From Sphyrna mokarran (taxonomy: Eukaryota), in NCBI GenBank assembly GCA_024679065.1, contig JAGIQG010000023.1, positions 38,812,001 through 38,876,000 on the forward strand: a stretch of DNA of 64,000 nt, given 5' to 3'. The notes under the pieces were generated by a model that was given only the letters and a program-made list of their open reading frames with translations, did no database searches and was not told the origin of the DNA. Positions within the stretch are counted from its first letter, which is position 1. Each line of letters opens with the position of its first letter. Below are positions 51,002-62,949 of the stretch, piece after piece. The position numbers and the translations under genes were made by a program.

Positions 51002-54000
51002 GTATGAAAATTCTTTCAAATCCTGTTTGCTGCAGCAGTGAGATGCATGTTGTTGTATGTTTTGGTTGTGAAGCTTTAGCTGTTTGTACAAGTGGAAGAG
51101 GGATTTTGGCTTGGATTGATCAGAGTAGTGATTGATTTTACTATCTAATTGAATTTTGTGAAAATCATAAATGAGTATTGAATTGGGCATTTTGAAATTT
51201 TAGATTTTGAAGTAATGAATTGTAAGGCTGTGCTGTGAACTAATTATTGGCCCACAATTTCTTGGTTTATAACCAAGTGCATGATGTGATGTTTGTTTCT
51301 GTCTAACTAAATGAACTTCATAGGAACATATTTTTAACTAATTTCCATATGGTATAAATGTCTTGTGTAGTGTAAACTGGGGCAAGTGGATTATTGCCAA
51401 ACGTGTTTAATGACATTCTTTGCAAATGCATTAAATTGAGTTCAGAGAAGCTATTTTCCTTGAATAAAATTGAAGTTAATGTGGTCAAATTCTATTTTCG
51501 TTGGTTTTACAGTAGAATTGCTCACCATTGTTCTTTCAAATGTAGTTGGATAATACAGGGCCCAAGATGTTATCCTACCTGGTGCTTGAGCTGAGCAAAT
51601 ATTAGAATTTTGTGCTAAGTACTAGCTTCCATGTCTGAGACAGGATGTCAACCAGATACTGTTGTGAAGTCATTTGTGGACAATCCTGTATTTTGGCAGT
51701 TTGAGACTCTTGTCTTTTGAGCAAAGTATGGCGGTCTGAATTATCATTCCAACACGCACTCTAACCACCTTGTTGAATCAACTTATTCAATTCTTTCTTG
51801 TTTCTAATAGGCAAAGCAAATGAGTGAATCATGAATCTTAAAATTTACCCTTGACGACAGGGTTAGCTATTCTTTGCAGTATAACACTATTTTTGAAATG
51901 ACATTTTGTATAAATGGTAGCTGGAATTGGTCAAAGTTTGAGCTCTAAGTGATTAATCCAGTTGAATACACGTTTTCCTGTTTTGGGGATCGTAAAGATA
52001 GCAAAACGGCCTTGTATTTAACAAGTCCTCTTTTTAAGAGGCAAAGTAAATGTAGATTTCAGAGGCAAGATGTTTAAAATTTAGGAACTTTATTATATAA
52101 TTCCACATGTTGTTGAATTATTCAAATGTGCAGCTTGTCATGCAATTTAACCTTGGAAGTGTAGATGTTTTTCTGCTATACCGACGTCTTGTGCTTATAG
52201 ACAGTGGCTCTTGGGAAAATCATCATCTTTTGTGGGGTTTCTAATGGCATGTTTGCATAGCCTGTAATCAGATATGGCAGAAGTGATGTGTTTTCATTGT
52301 TAACGTAACCTGTGTGAATTTCACTTTATCCACCTTTCAGTTATTTATTGAGAGTAGTATCGTTGGCCTATACGTGCTTTTACAAGTTGGCTGTGGAAAT
52401 TGAGTATTAGTATTGTCAGATGATTAAAATTTTAATTCCAGGATCTACCTTGTGTAAGTACTGAATGTTTTGTGAATTGAGTGCATTTTATGATTCGAGG
52501 AAAGACTTGTAAAAGTGCATGATAGCAGAAATGGGATAGTTGCATTTCATTCCAGACTGATATGTTGTGCTTCTCTGCATTTTGAATGATAGTTAACCAA
52601 TATTAGAAAACTAGTTGTTGAGAATTGCTGTACCATCAAGATTTTAATGTGCCCTAATTTATTTTGTTCTAAAAATGCATGTGACAGTGAATTATATGTG
52701 ACTTATTAGAGGCATGTGCACGTACACTTGTGATGTTGAGTTTATCAAAAATGGATCTACAAGCCCTCCACTCCAGACTTGAAGATTGATAGTTAAACAT
52801 GGCACAAAGCTAGGCACTTTTTCCAGAGATTGCAAGTACCTGAGTTATTTCATAATGGCTGAGAAATGTCCAGATGAACTGTGAAGAAGCTCATGGGACG
52901 GATGCTGCTGTAGAAGGAAAGAACTTTTATTCGTGTTTGTTTTGTAAATAAATGAGTTAGTGTTGGCTTCATGTCACAAAAGAACAATCACATATATTTG
53001 CTTCTTGCCACAGAAACATTGTTAATCCCTCAAATGAAACTCTGGAAGTGTAGGTGTATGTATACCAGGACACTGACCTTGGCAAGAAAACTGTGGCTGA
53101 ATTTATATTCTGTAGTCAGAGATCCTGAGTATAATTACATTTCTGTAACTAAGTCCTTAGACTAGCTGATTTAGTATTGACCAGGAGTTGAACAGAAGCT
53201 TATTTGTTGAATGCTTCAAATGTTAAAGCAAAAAGATCCTGTGTGCATAGCTCTCGTTTGGTTCCATCTTTGGATTCCTCTGAGAATGATCTGTTCATTC
53301 CAGTGCTTAGCCAGGAGTGCATCCAGATCTCTCGAGAAATGTTCAGTTTTTGTACAGCTGGACTTTGGTTAATATATCTATATGGAATCTGATAAGGCCA
53401 CAGTCTCCCCCAGAGAGCTTTGAAAAGAGCATGAGTTTAAAAGGAACTTAGAAAAAAGATGAATAACTTTGGATATTTCCAAATGGCATTTAACGTTCAA
53501 GGCAAGGAATGAGAAAAGCTACAGTGATGGAACAAAAGCTATGTTTGGAATGAATGAACAAACTAAGCAAGCTGAAATTTAAGGGATGCCTGAGAAGTAA
53601 ACATTGCTAGAAAACAGTAGACCAAAGTTATAAACTTAAAACTGAAAAAGTAAATTAAAAGGCAAAACAATAGAAATGGGATTAAGAGAGTTTATGCAAG
53701 ATCAAGGCTATAGCCATTTATGTTTTGGAATGTTTTTGAATAAAGCAATATAATGGCAGCCCTGCGAGACATGAGAACAGTTTGCTAATCATTGTGTTTT
53801 GCCTTGAGAGAAAAAAAATGCTGTAATTGCAAGAGTAGACAAATGAGGGATGAGTATTGGACATGATAAAGAATCACCACAACTCGCTGAAATGGCTAGA
53901 CTAATAAGAAAAAAAAAATAGGAAAACAAATAAGCCATGTGGCCCGTTGAATCTGCTCCACCTTGAGTAAGACCGTGACTGATGCTGTAATTCCAGTTAA

Positions 54001-54944
54001 TGTGAGAACTAGATGGGAAGGCCCTAGAATTGAACAACTGGCTTTAGAGACTAACTTTCTCAAATCAATTGAGGAAGAACCAAGGCAAAGAACTGCTGAT
54101 TAGTTTTGACAAGTAAAAAAAAACTAATCTTGAATTGGTTATATCAATGGTCTCATTAGCACAAATGTAGTGCTCATGAATTTCATTTCAGACTCACCCC
54201 AGATGATGGCCATATGAGTTTCCAGACTGCACTCCCAAAATACCCTTTTGAAATCATCTCTTATAGCAATACATTTACTTAGCGATCTGCATTCTAAAAT
54301 TTAGTTGATATTCTAAAAGACCCATTTGACCAGAGTTTCCATTCCATTTTCAGCAGTATGTCCATGCCAGGATTTCAGATTAACGTCCAAATTTTCACAT
54401 TAGTTTTCACTACCAATTCTGATACAGTCAATACTTGACTATTTATAGATGCTGATAAGACATTTCAAGCTTTAGGAATATTTTTGGAAGACTAATCAGT
54501 AGGCTATTTCTTAGCTTTGTCTTGAACAGAATCCTGTTCTATTTCCCAGTGTCATCTTTGTTCCCTTTAACACCAGATTCCTAGTAAAAATTTCTTTAGC
54601 TTCTTAAATAGTTGCTCTTTAGATCTTTGGCACTGGCTGCTTGAAGGGTTTTTCTTGTAGCAAAGATAAAACAGCCAATCCCTCTAGCTTCCCTTAGCAG
54701 AACTGAGTGTGTTCTCTGCTTTGCTGTGTCCAACTGCCTCTAATGTTTAACTTGAAAACTAAAGCTTCTGCTCCCCTCAGAGCAGCCCCTCTAGTTGCTA
54801 AATAACTATCTAAATGCCGTAGGTCTCTAAACATAGTATCTGAACTGAAACTAACCCCTACATAGTAACGCTGTTCAGCATGAAATCTAATTGCAAATTC
54901 CTTTAAAGACACAAACAGTAAATTAAACCTACCTAAAACTACAC

Positions 54945-55045
54945 CTGTCTGTCTGTGTTTGTCTGTGTGCCTGTGTCTCTCTGTCTGTGTCTCTCTCTCT
55001 CTTTGTCTGTGTGTGTCTCTCTGTCTCTCTTTGTCTGTCTGTCTG
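54945..55045 (+). repeat. Compound microsatellite (GTCT/CT/GT)n
   Basis: ctgtctgtctgtgtttgtctgtgtgcctgtgtctctctgtctgtgtctctctctctctttgtctg... Confidence 0.9.
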
Positions 55046-55065
55046 ATGGGTATGTAATTGGTGTG

Positions 55066-55870
55066 ACCACAAGACATATGAGCAGAATTAACCTCTTTTT
55101 TTTTTTTCTCATCCCATTTTTCTTGCCTTTTTCCATAATCCCTGATCCCTTATTAATCAAGAACTTATCTATCTCAGTCTTAAAGACACTCAATGACCTG
55201 GCCTCCACAGCCTTCAGCGGCAAAGAGTTCCACAAATTCACTCTTTGGCTGAAGAAATTCCTCCTTATTTAAAGGATGGTCCCTGCAGCCCACTTCTAAA
55301 CTCCAAATACAGACCCAGAGTTCTCAACTGTTCCTCAGATAACAAGTTCTTTTCAGGGATCATTCTTGTGAACCACCTTTGGATCCTTTCCAAGGTCAGC
55401 ACAACCTTAGAAATGGGGCCCAAAACTGTTCACAGTACTCCAAATGGGTCTGACCAGAGCCTTATACAGCCTCAGAAGTACATCCTTTTCTTGTATTCTA
55501 GCCCTCCTGACATGAATGCTAATATTGCATTTGCCTTCCTAACTGCCAACTGAACTTGCATGTTAACCTTAACAGAATCTTGAATGATGACTCCCAAATC
55601 CTTATTTCTGATTTTCTGAGCATTTTCTCATTTAGAAAATAGTCTGTGCCTCCATTCCTCCTTCCAGAAATGCATAACCTCACATTTTTCCCCATTATAT
55701 TCCATTTGTCATGTCTTTGTCCAGTTTCCTAACTTGTCCAAGTGCTTCAGCAGCAGCCCCTGCTTCCTCTACTATCTGTCCCTCTATTTTTGTATCATCT
55801 GCAAACTTAGCAACAGTGCCTTTAGTTCCTTCCTCCAAAATTTTAATTATTGTTATCAAAAGTTGTGGTC
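55066..55870 (-). mobile_element. CR1-type LINE 3' fragment with RT remnants
   Basis: Minus-strand ORF pieces GTKGTVAKFADDTKI and NLWNSLPLKAVEARSLSVFKTEIDKFLINKG. More decayed CR1-like sequence continues to ~56690. Confidence 0.85.
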
Positions 55871-56711
55871 CCAAGTTGAGGGCATGTATTTCAATCCTTA
55901 TTTGAACAAGGGTGCAACTCTGCAGGAATTCTGCAGTCTGCTGGTGCAACCAAGTCTAAGGACAATCATGGCTAATGTTCCAACAATTTTCACTCTTCCA
56001 TCTGTGTATGTGGATATATCTCATTGGTTTTGGTGCCTTAGTACAGACAATCTATGCAATACCATCTCATCAATTTTGGACCCTTCAGGTGTATGAATTA
56101 TCTTTTTACCATGACCCGGGCAGCATTTTCCTCATTGAGGACGGATGCAAAATATTCATTTAACACTTCAGCTGTGCTCCTGCCTCCCATATGTAAAATC
56201 CTTTCTTGTCCCTAAATCAACCCCACACTTTCCTAATATTTCCTAATGTTTATATGCCGATAGAAGACTTGTGGATTCCCTTTGTTAGCTGCCAGTATCC
56301 TCTTGTTCTGTTTGCTTCTCATTTGTATATTTTTTAAATTCCTCTCTGGACCTTCTATATTCAGCCTGGCTCTCAAATGTATTATCCACCTGTCAGAAGT
56401 GCACTTTTTTCCTGCTGCATCTTAATTTCCTTGTCTCTGCATCCAGGAAGCTGTGGATTTGCTTGTCCTACCTTTTAGACCTTGGGATGCATGTTTATCA
56501 AGTCCAGAGACTCGTCAGCCTTTAATCCCTTTAGTTTGCCTAGTGCATTTTTCTCCTGTTTTGTCTCCTGATTCTTTTCTGTTGGAATGCTTGTGCTTTT
56601 GTGTATCATTAAGATGGATACAAAATTTTTACTTGTTTGCCGTTTCCTTCAGTATTATTACTTTAGTCTCATCATCTAAGCTACTATTTATCTGCTGTGG
56701 TTAGATACTTT

Positions 56712-57053
56712 GTAGATTGTAGAATCCTACAGTGTAGAAAGGGGCCCTTCGGCCCATTGAGTCTGCACTGACCACAGTCCCACCCAGGCCCTACCTCATA
56801 TTCCTACACATTTTGTCCACCAATCCCTCCAACCTAAGCATCCTAGTACACTAAGGGACTATTTTAGCATAGCCAATCACCCTAATCCACACACCTTTGG
56901 ACTGTGGGAGGAAACTGGATCATCCAGAGAGAACCCACGCAGACACGAGGAAAACATGCAGATTTCACACAGACAGTAACCTGAGCTGGGAATCGAACCT
57001 GGGTCCCTGGAGCTATGAAGCAGCAGTGCTAATCACTGTGCCACTGTGCTGCC
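56712..57053 (-). mobile_element. HE1-like V-SINE, full length
   Basis: Minus strand gggcagcacagTGGCACAGTGAttagcactgctgcttcatagctccagggacccaGGTTCGATTCCc, followed by the V-domain-type core and CR1-like tail. Confidence 0.9.
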
Positions 57054-57567
57054 CCTCACTGTTGGTTTCTAAATTGTTAGTTTTCTCTCTTGCTCTAATT
57101 TTATTTTTTATAGTCATTCTTTACTGATTCCTGAAATCAAAATGTCAATCTTTTGTCCTGCGACCAATCTTCACAACATTGTACGTCTTTTTTTCAGTTT
57201 GCCATTCTTAATTTCCTTAGTTTGTTGGTGTGTTTTTCTTAATGAAATCTTACTTGAGTTTTGAAATAATTCAAAATTTACTCATGCTTCTCTGTGTATT
57301 ACCTTTTTTACTTATCTTCCTAGTTCACTATTGCCATGTCTCATAACTTTTATCTAAGTTTAAGACACTAGTTTCAGGCCCAAATCTCCAGCTGAATGTG
57401 AAATTCCTCATGCCCTAATCACTCTTGCCTGAGGATCCTTTTATTACAAGATCATTCATTAATCCTGTCTCATTACCAGGTGTAAAATAATCTGGTCCCT
57501 GATAGATTCCAGCATACTAAGTTCGAAGACTTTGAAAATGTCACATACCTTGAGATTTGATTGTACG

Positions 57568-58132
57568 GATTCTATATGGATGAGATCAATGTAGGAGGAG
57601 GCCATTTGATCCATCAAATCTACAGTGACAGATTTTCTTATCCAGACCCCACCCAGCAGTATTGTTGCATCACAGTAGGTTTGATTTGCTGCTTGGATCA
57701 TTCTGTGTAGAGTCTGTACATTCTCCCCATGTTTGCATGGGTGTCCTCCAGTGTTCTGGTTTTCCCCTCCCTCAGTCCAAGTGACATGATGGTTGTGTGC
57801 ATTGGCCATTTAAATTTTTGCTCAGTGTGCCTGAACAGGTGCTGGAATGTGGTGACTAGGGGATTTTCACAGTATTTTCATTGCTGTAACAGTAATTTCA
57901 TTATCCTACTTGTGACACTAATAAATAAACCTATCCCCTTAACCCCACATTTACCATGGCCAATCTACCTAACCTTTACATCTTTGGGTAATGGATGGAA
58001 ACTGGAGCACCAGGACGAAACCTACGCAGACACGGGAGAAAGTACAAATTCCATGCAGTCACCCAAGGCTGAAGTTGAACCCAGGTCCCTGATCCTAAGA
58101 GGCAGCAATGCTAACCACTGTCACTGCTGCCC
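57568..58132 (-). mobile_element. HE1-like SINE split by an opposite-strand V-SINE with a different tail (~57665-57929, +)
   Basis: Host tail at 57568-57655 and host body/head at 57930-58132. The insert has a V-core (gtacattctccccatgtttgcatgggtgtcctccagtg) and ends cctacttgtgacactaataaataaac. Confidence 0.75.
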
Positions 58133-59379
58133 TGTGAAGATTAAATCATATAATGAGATTGAAAGTCAATCTTTAGAGACTGGAGAGTGGAAACCATGAT
58201 AACCTGCAACAGGTTGATAGGGGTATAGTGACAATGGCTGAAGAAAAACAAGCTGGCATTGAATTGTAGAAGTAAAAAAAACCTGTGTAATTGCGTATTC
58301 GGCATAGTTCATATTATAGGTGATAAAACTTGCACTGTTAAAAGCTGCTGTGAAAGGAATGTATAAGTTTGCCATTTTAACTATGTACCTAAGTCATTCG
58401 GGTCAATGAATATTATGACATTAGGTCAAATGATCTTCTGCTTGTAATCTTATAGTAAAGTCATTCTGTGCTCAACACATGTTTAACACATAATTACATT
58501 GGATTTCAATGCACAAATAGGCAATCGGTACCAACTGGTGATTTTTTAAAAAAAATTTATTTCATTATTGGTGGGCTGCTGGCACAGTTGTCATTTATTG
58601 TCTATTCTTAATTGCTCTCTAAGATAAATCCCACAACAGTGACAGTGAAGGAATAGTGATGATAAGTCAGGATATTCAGAGAGTTGGAGGTAGTGATGTT
58701 CCCCTGCCCCTTTTGCTCTTGTTTTCTGTTGTCGAGCATGTGGGCATGCTGAGAACCTGTTGTATTCCTGCAGTGCATTTTATACATGGTACATGCTGCA
58801 ACTGATGGTGGAGATTGTTTAAGGTGGTGAGTAGGACGCTGATCAAACAGGCTACTTGCATCCTTGGTGGTCTCGAGCTCAGTGTTCTTGGAGCAAGTGG
58901 AGAATATCCTACCATAATTTTAACTTGTAGATAATGGGAAATATTTTTGAGGAGACAATGTGATTTGTTTGTGGCCAGTGATTATCTTCCTGGTTTTTTT
59001 TTCCTCCCTCCTTATTTAGTTTTCCCTTGAGTGCGTATATGCTATTCACCTATTATGAGGAAATAAGTAGCACCTAAAACATGGTAATGATTTTAACAAG
59101 AGAAAATGTATTAAATGTTATCAAGTATTATTTTGGGGACATGAATGAAGTTTGTATTTTTTTAATATGACCTGTTTGAATTTAAATTGAAAAAGTCAAC
59201 TTTGGATTAAAACTACATGTAGGTGGAGACTTTTTGCACATTCTATTTGAACATAATTGAATTTTTTGGGAACCAGAGCATCCCACACTGAAGACGATTT
59301 TTGTAATGGACAAATGTGTAAGATTTTGCCAGGGAGTGGCTTTCACTGTTCAACTTGTCTTGTTTATATTGCTCTTTAG

Positions 59380-59487
59380 GATGCAGAAGAGGGAATCATT
59401 GCATATGAGGAAGCTGGGATAAGAATGACTGTACCATATCATATAAAAGATCTGGAAGGGTGTGCAATTCCACAGCATGGTGATAAG
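59380..59487 (+). CDS. CSDE1: CSDE1 exon (last one recognised in the window)
   Basis: attgctctttAG|; DAEEGIIAYEEAGIRMTVPYHIKDLEGCAIPQHGDK, homologous to human EAEDGIIAYDDCGVKLTI...QIGDK; AAG|gtaaac; 108 nt. Confidence 0.95.
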
Positions 59488-61337
59488 GTAAACTTGTATA
59501 TGAAGTTGAAAGTTTTAGCAGTATGATTTTTCAATTGTTACAGTAGGTCAAATGACCACCTATTAAAATAAAATTGACCAGACCAGTGTGTAATGGTGAT
59601 TCACAGTTTGGGTTACTGTTGTAGCTGAGCCCTACTAAAGAATTGTCAGTGCCTCTCATTGAAGTTTATTTTAGTTATAGCATGGCAGTACCACACGAAG
59701 GTAATAATTCTTGTGCCTCTGTCTCGTACTTGATTTTGATTTCTTCATTATAGAAAAATACTAGCCCATCTCCTGTGATATTGCACATAGAGAGTTGAGA
59801 TAAAGTGCACTATTCAGCTCAAGTATATTAAGAGGGCTGAGCCTGCTATACCAAGGCAGGGAAAACTGGGTGGCAGAGGTGAGAACTAAAAGGACATAAG
59901 AATTGCTGGCTTGAAAAGGTCTATCTAATTTGACCTCCATCATCTTGATTGCATCATACAATGGGCTTTTTGCATCATACAATTAAATGGGCTTTTTAAT
60001 TGTGACAATCTCACTCTAACATTTTTACAATCAACTTGATAGCTGAGGGATAAATGTCAACAATGTTTGAAGAACTCTCCTATCCTTCAAATGGTGTCAT
60101 AAAGTCTTGCATTTCTATAACATGTTTCATATCCTCGGGATACTTCAAGTACTTTAACCAATTCTGTCATTAGGGAAACATGGCACATAATATGTAAAAC
60201 TCCCACAGCCAGGTGATGGCACATTTTCTTTTACGTTGGAGCCAAAGAAACTTCATATTGTTTAGATGCAACATATAATCTTTCAAATGGAAAGATTATT
60301 AGAGCCACCATGTGGCCGTGGTACAAAATATGGAAGAATTTGAATTTATTTCTAATGTCAGGTTCTGATTTTGTTTTTAAACCCAGTGCAATGTGACAGA
60401 TTTCAGCAACATCTACAGGTTATAATGCACATTGCAAATAAATTGTATTTCTATAATTTTCCCATTGTTGCATTTGGAAAAGGATTGTTGTGACTCACTT
60501 AGCAGTTTCACCATTTGATAGATATAGATCTCTGCATTTGTTACATTTCCAAAGACTGCAAATTAGTAAATCTGCATAAACATTCCATCATCCTATAAGC
60601 CCTGTAATGTGGCTGGCGCTCACTATTGTAGCTGTTTTAAATGCAGTTTCCCCTTGGATGGTATGGGGAGAGAGGTAGGAATAAAACAAAATTTGCATAT
60701 CATCTTGGGATGATAATCTTTAACCCATTGCAACATCATCCTGTTCTATTTACTGTAACCACTACAGTCCTCTGGCTGCTCTCCAGGTGGATGAGTGTGT
60801 AAGAGATATCACCAGGTATGGTTTCTGTCTCTGTTCCTGCAATTGTAATGCAGTTAAGATACTCACTGAAGGTTGGACTCAAACCTGCAAAATGTTGAAA
60901 AATTGTTCAGCTTAAGGATATTAATTGAAAATTTATATTCCTCATTTCTTGAGGCTCTTGCTCTGGGCTGTAAAGGAATTGAAACAATATTTTCAAAGTT
61001 AAAAAGAAATTTCAAATGGCAGCATTCAGCATTTTGTATAATTGCAAAAATATGAATCAAACAATAGTGCAGATTATATATCACACTGAATTTGCGTACC
61101 CATATTAATTCACTCTGATCAAAATCTCAATGGGACAATGAGTCAAGTTTCATTTGAAGCAAATTGCTTGCACCACTTGAGGAAACGATTCAAACCAAAG
61201 GTTTTTTAAGTTATAACAGACTTGAAATTTTTTTGTCTTCAATTTAGATTTGTCACAGAAGATAGAATAGACAATCAATTTCTTTATATTGAATTGTTGG
61301 TATAGGATGCTTTGCTACTGAGCAATTCATTGAAATT

Positions 61338-61658
61338 TATAGAATCATAGGATTTCTATGTACAGAAAGAGGCCCTTCAGCCCATAGAGTCCGCACCGAC
61401 CACAATCCCACCCAGACCCAATCACCAAATCCCTACATATTTTACCCACTAATTCCTCTAACCTACGCATCTCGGGACACTAAGGGACAATTTTACCATG
61501 CCAATCAACCTAACCCACACACCTTTGGATTGTGGGAGGAAACCCACACAGATACAAGGAGAATGTGCAAACTCCACACAGTGACCCGAACCAGGAATTG
61601 AACCCAGGTTCCTGGAGCTGTGAAGCTGCAGTACTAACCACTGTACTATCATGCCACC
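61338..61658 (-). mobile_element. HE1-like V-SINE, full length
   Basis: Minus strand ggtggcatgatagtacagtggttagtactgcagcttcacagctccaggaacctgGGTTCAATTCC...gtggagtttgcacattctcc..., ending in a CR1-like tail. Confidence 0.9.
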
Positions 61659-62784
61659 AATTGAGGTGAGGGTTTTCTTTAAAAAAGCTACATTTTTGAA
61701 AGTGGGAAATACAAAGTAATGGAGAATAAACAAAATTTTTGATTTTTCCAGTAAAAAGCCAGCACAGAGCTTGGTGAACCAAATCTATCCTCTTGTAGTT
61801 CATTAATTTGCACTGATTAAGATGTTTTGAAACATTGGTTTCCAACTGAGGCTCCAAGCTTTGGTTGATCTATCTCACTTGATGGAAACTCTGCCAAAAA
61901 GTATTCCGTCCTTGGATGAAAAGAATGGTGGTTCAGATGCAACTATACTTGCATTCTTTCGTCATATTACTGGCAGGGGGCTGCTGTAGATGATGTAATG
62001 TCTGTATGGTCCTTTAAGAATAAAACTATGCTCATTCAGTATTGCATACCTCCATTTGCAGAAGTTCTGCCTCATATATTTGCTTAAAAATCCCAATTTG
62101 ATCAACTAGTATAGTTATTTGTTTAGTAGCAATATCTAAGAATGAGTTACGAGTGTCTCCTATGTTGACAGCTGCAGTTTAGTTGTGATCAGTCAATTTG
62201 TTTAAAACAAGACGGTTATATTCTCGAAGACTTTGACTCGTTGGGACTTCTCTAATAACTGACAGGAACTGGGAAGACTTCAGTGAGGTTCATCACTTGA
62301 AGATTCACCTAGTATAAAACAATATTCTCTTGTATTTTTCCTATCCTGCAGTTCCTGTTGTGATTTCTGATTATGTAATTTACTAAAGCAACTTTGTTTT
62401 GGTAGAATGTGTTCTGAGATGCTTGTGCCACAGACTCAGGCCTTCCATTTTGAGACTAACTGGCAATTACCTGGTCTGCAGAGAGCAGCTACTGATGGAA
62501 CTCATTGTGTTGAGGAGTTGCAAGCAATTTTGTGATGACTTAGAAAACTAGAAGATACATCCATTCATATCCACAATGGTTGTCAAAATCTTAGCCGTAA
62601 AAATATTCAGTAAAATGTAATCCTAAAGACATTTTAAGAGTGACGTTTTATAGCCGTCAGGTTATCTATAGCTGATAAATTCACAATCTGATTAGTGTCA
62701 TTTCCAATAAAGTTAGTGTTCTGTATAAACTCCACTTCGGATGTATCTTGAGTTTCAACTGAGAATTTTATATGTCTGTACCAG

Positions 62785-62949
62785 GGTGACACTGCTGCCT
62801 CACAGCATCAGGGACCCAGCCTTGGATGACTGTGGGTTTCTTCCAGGTGTTCCGGTTTTGCCCCACAGTCCAAAGATGTGTGGGCAGATTTGCCACGCTA
62901 TGTTTCCTCTTGGTGTCATGGGGGATTAGCAGGGTAAATATGTGGGTTT
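62785..62949 (+). mobile_element. HE1-like V-SINE 5' part, abutting the LINE tail
   Basis: cactgctgcctcacagcatcagggaccc...ccccacagtccaaagatgtg...gggggattagcagggtaaatatgtggg. Confidence 0.75.

Noticed and set aside
54694-55272. ORFs with RQTDKERQR and VCVSLSL low-complexity content
   Set aside because: These are translations of the compound microsatellite plus adjacent CR1 sequence.
56990-57053. tRNA-like A/B boxes here and near 1620, 58080 and 61600
   Set aside because: They are SINE heads continuous with the V-core, not complete tRNA cloverleaves.
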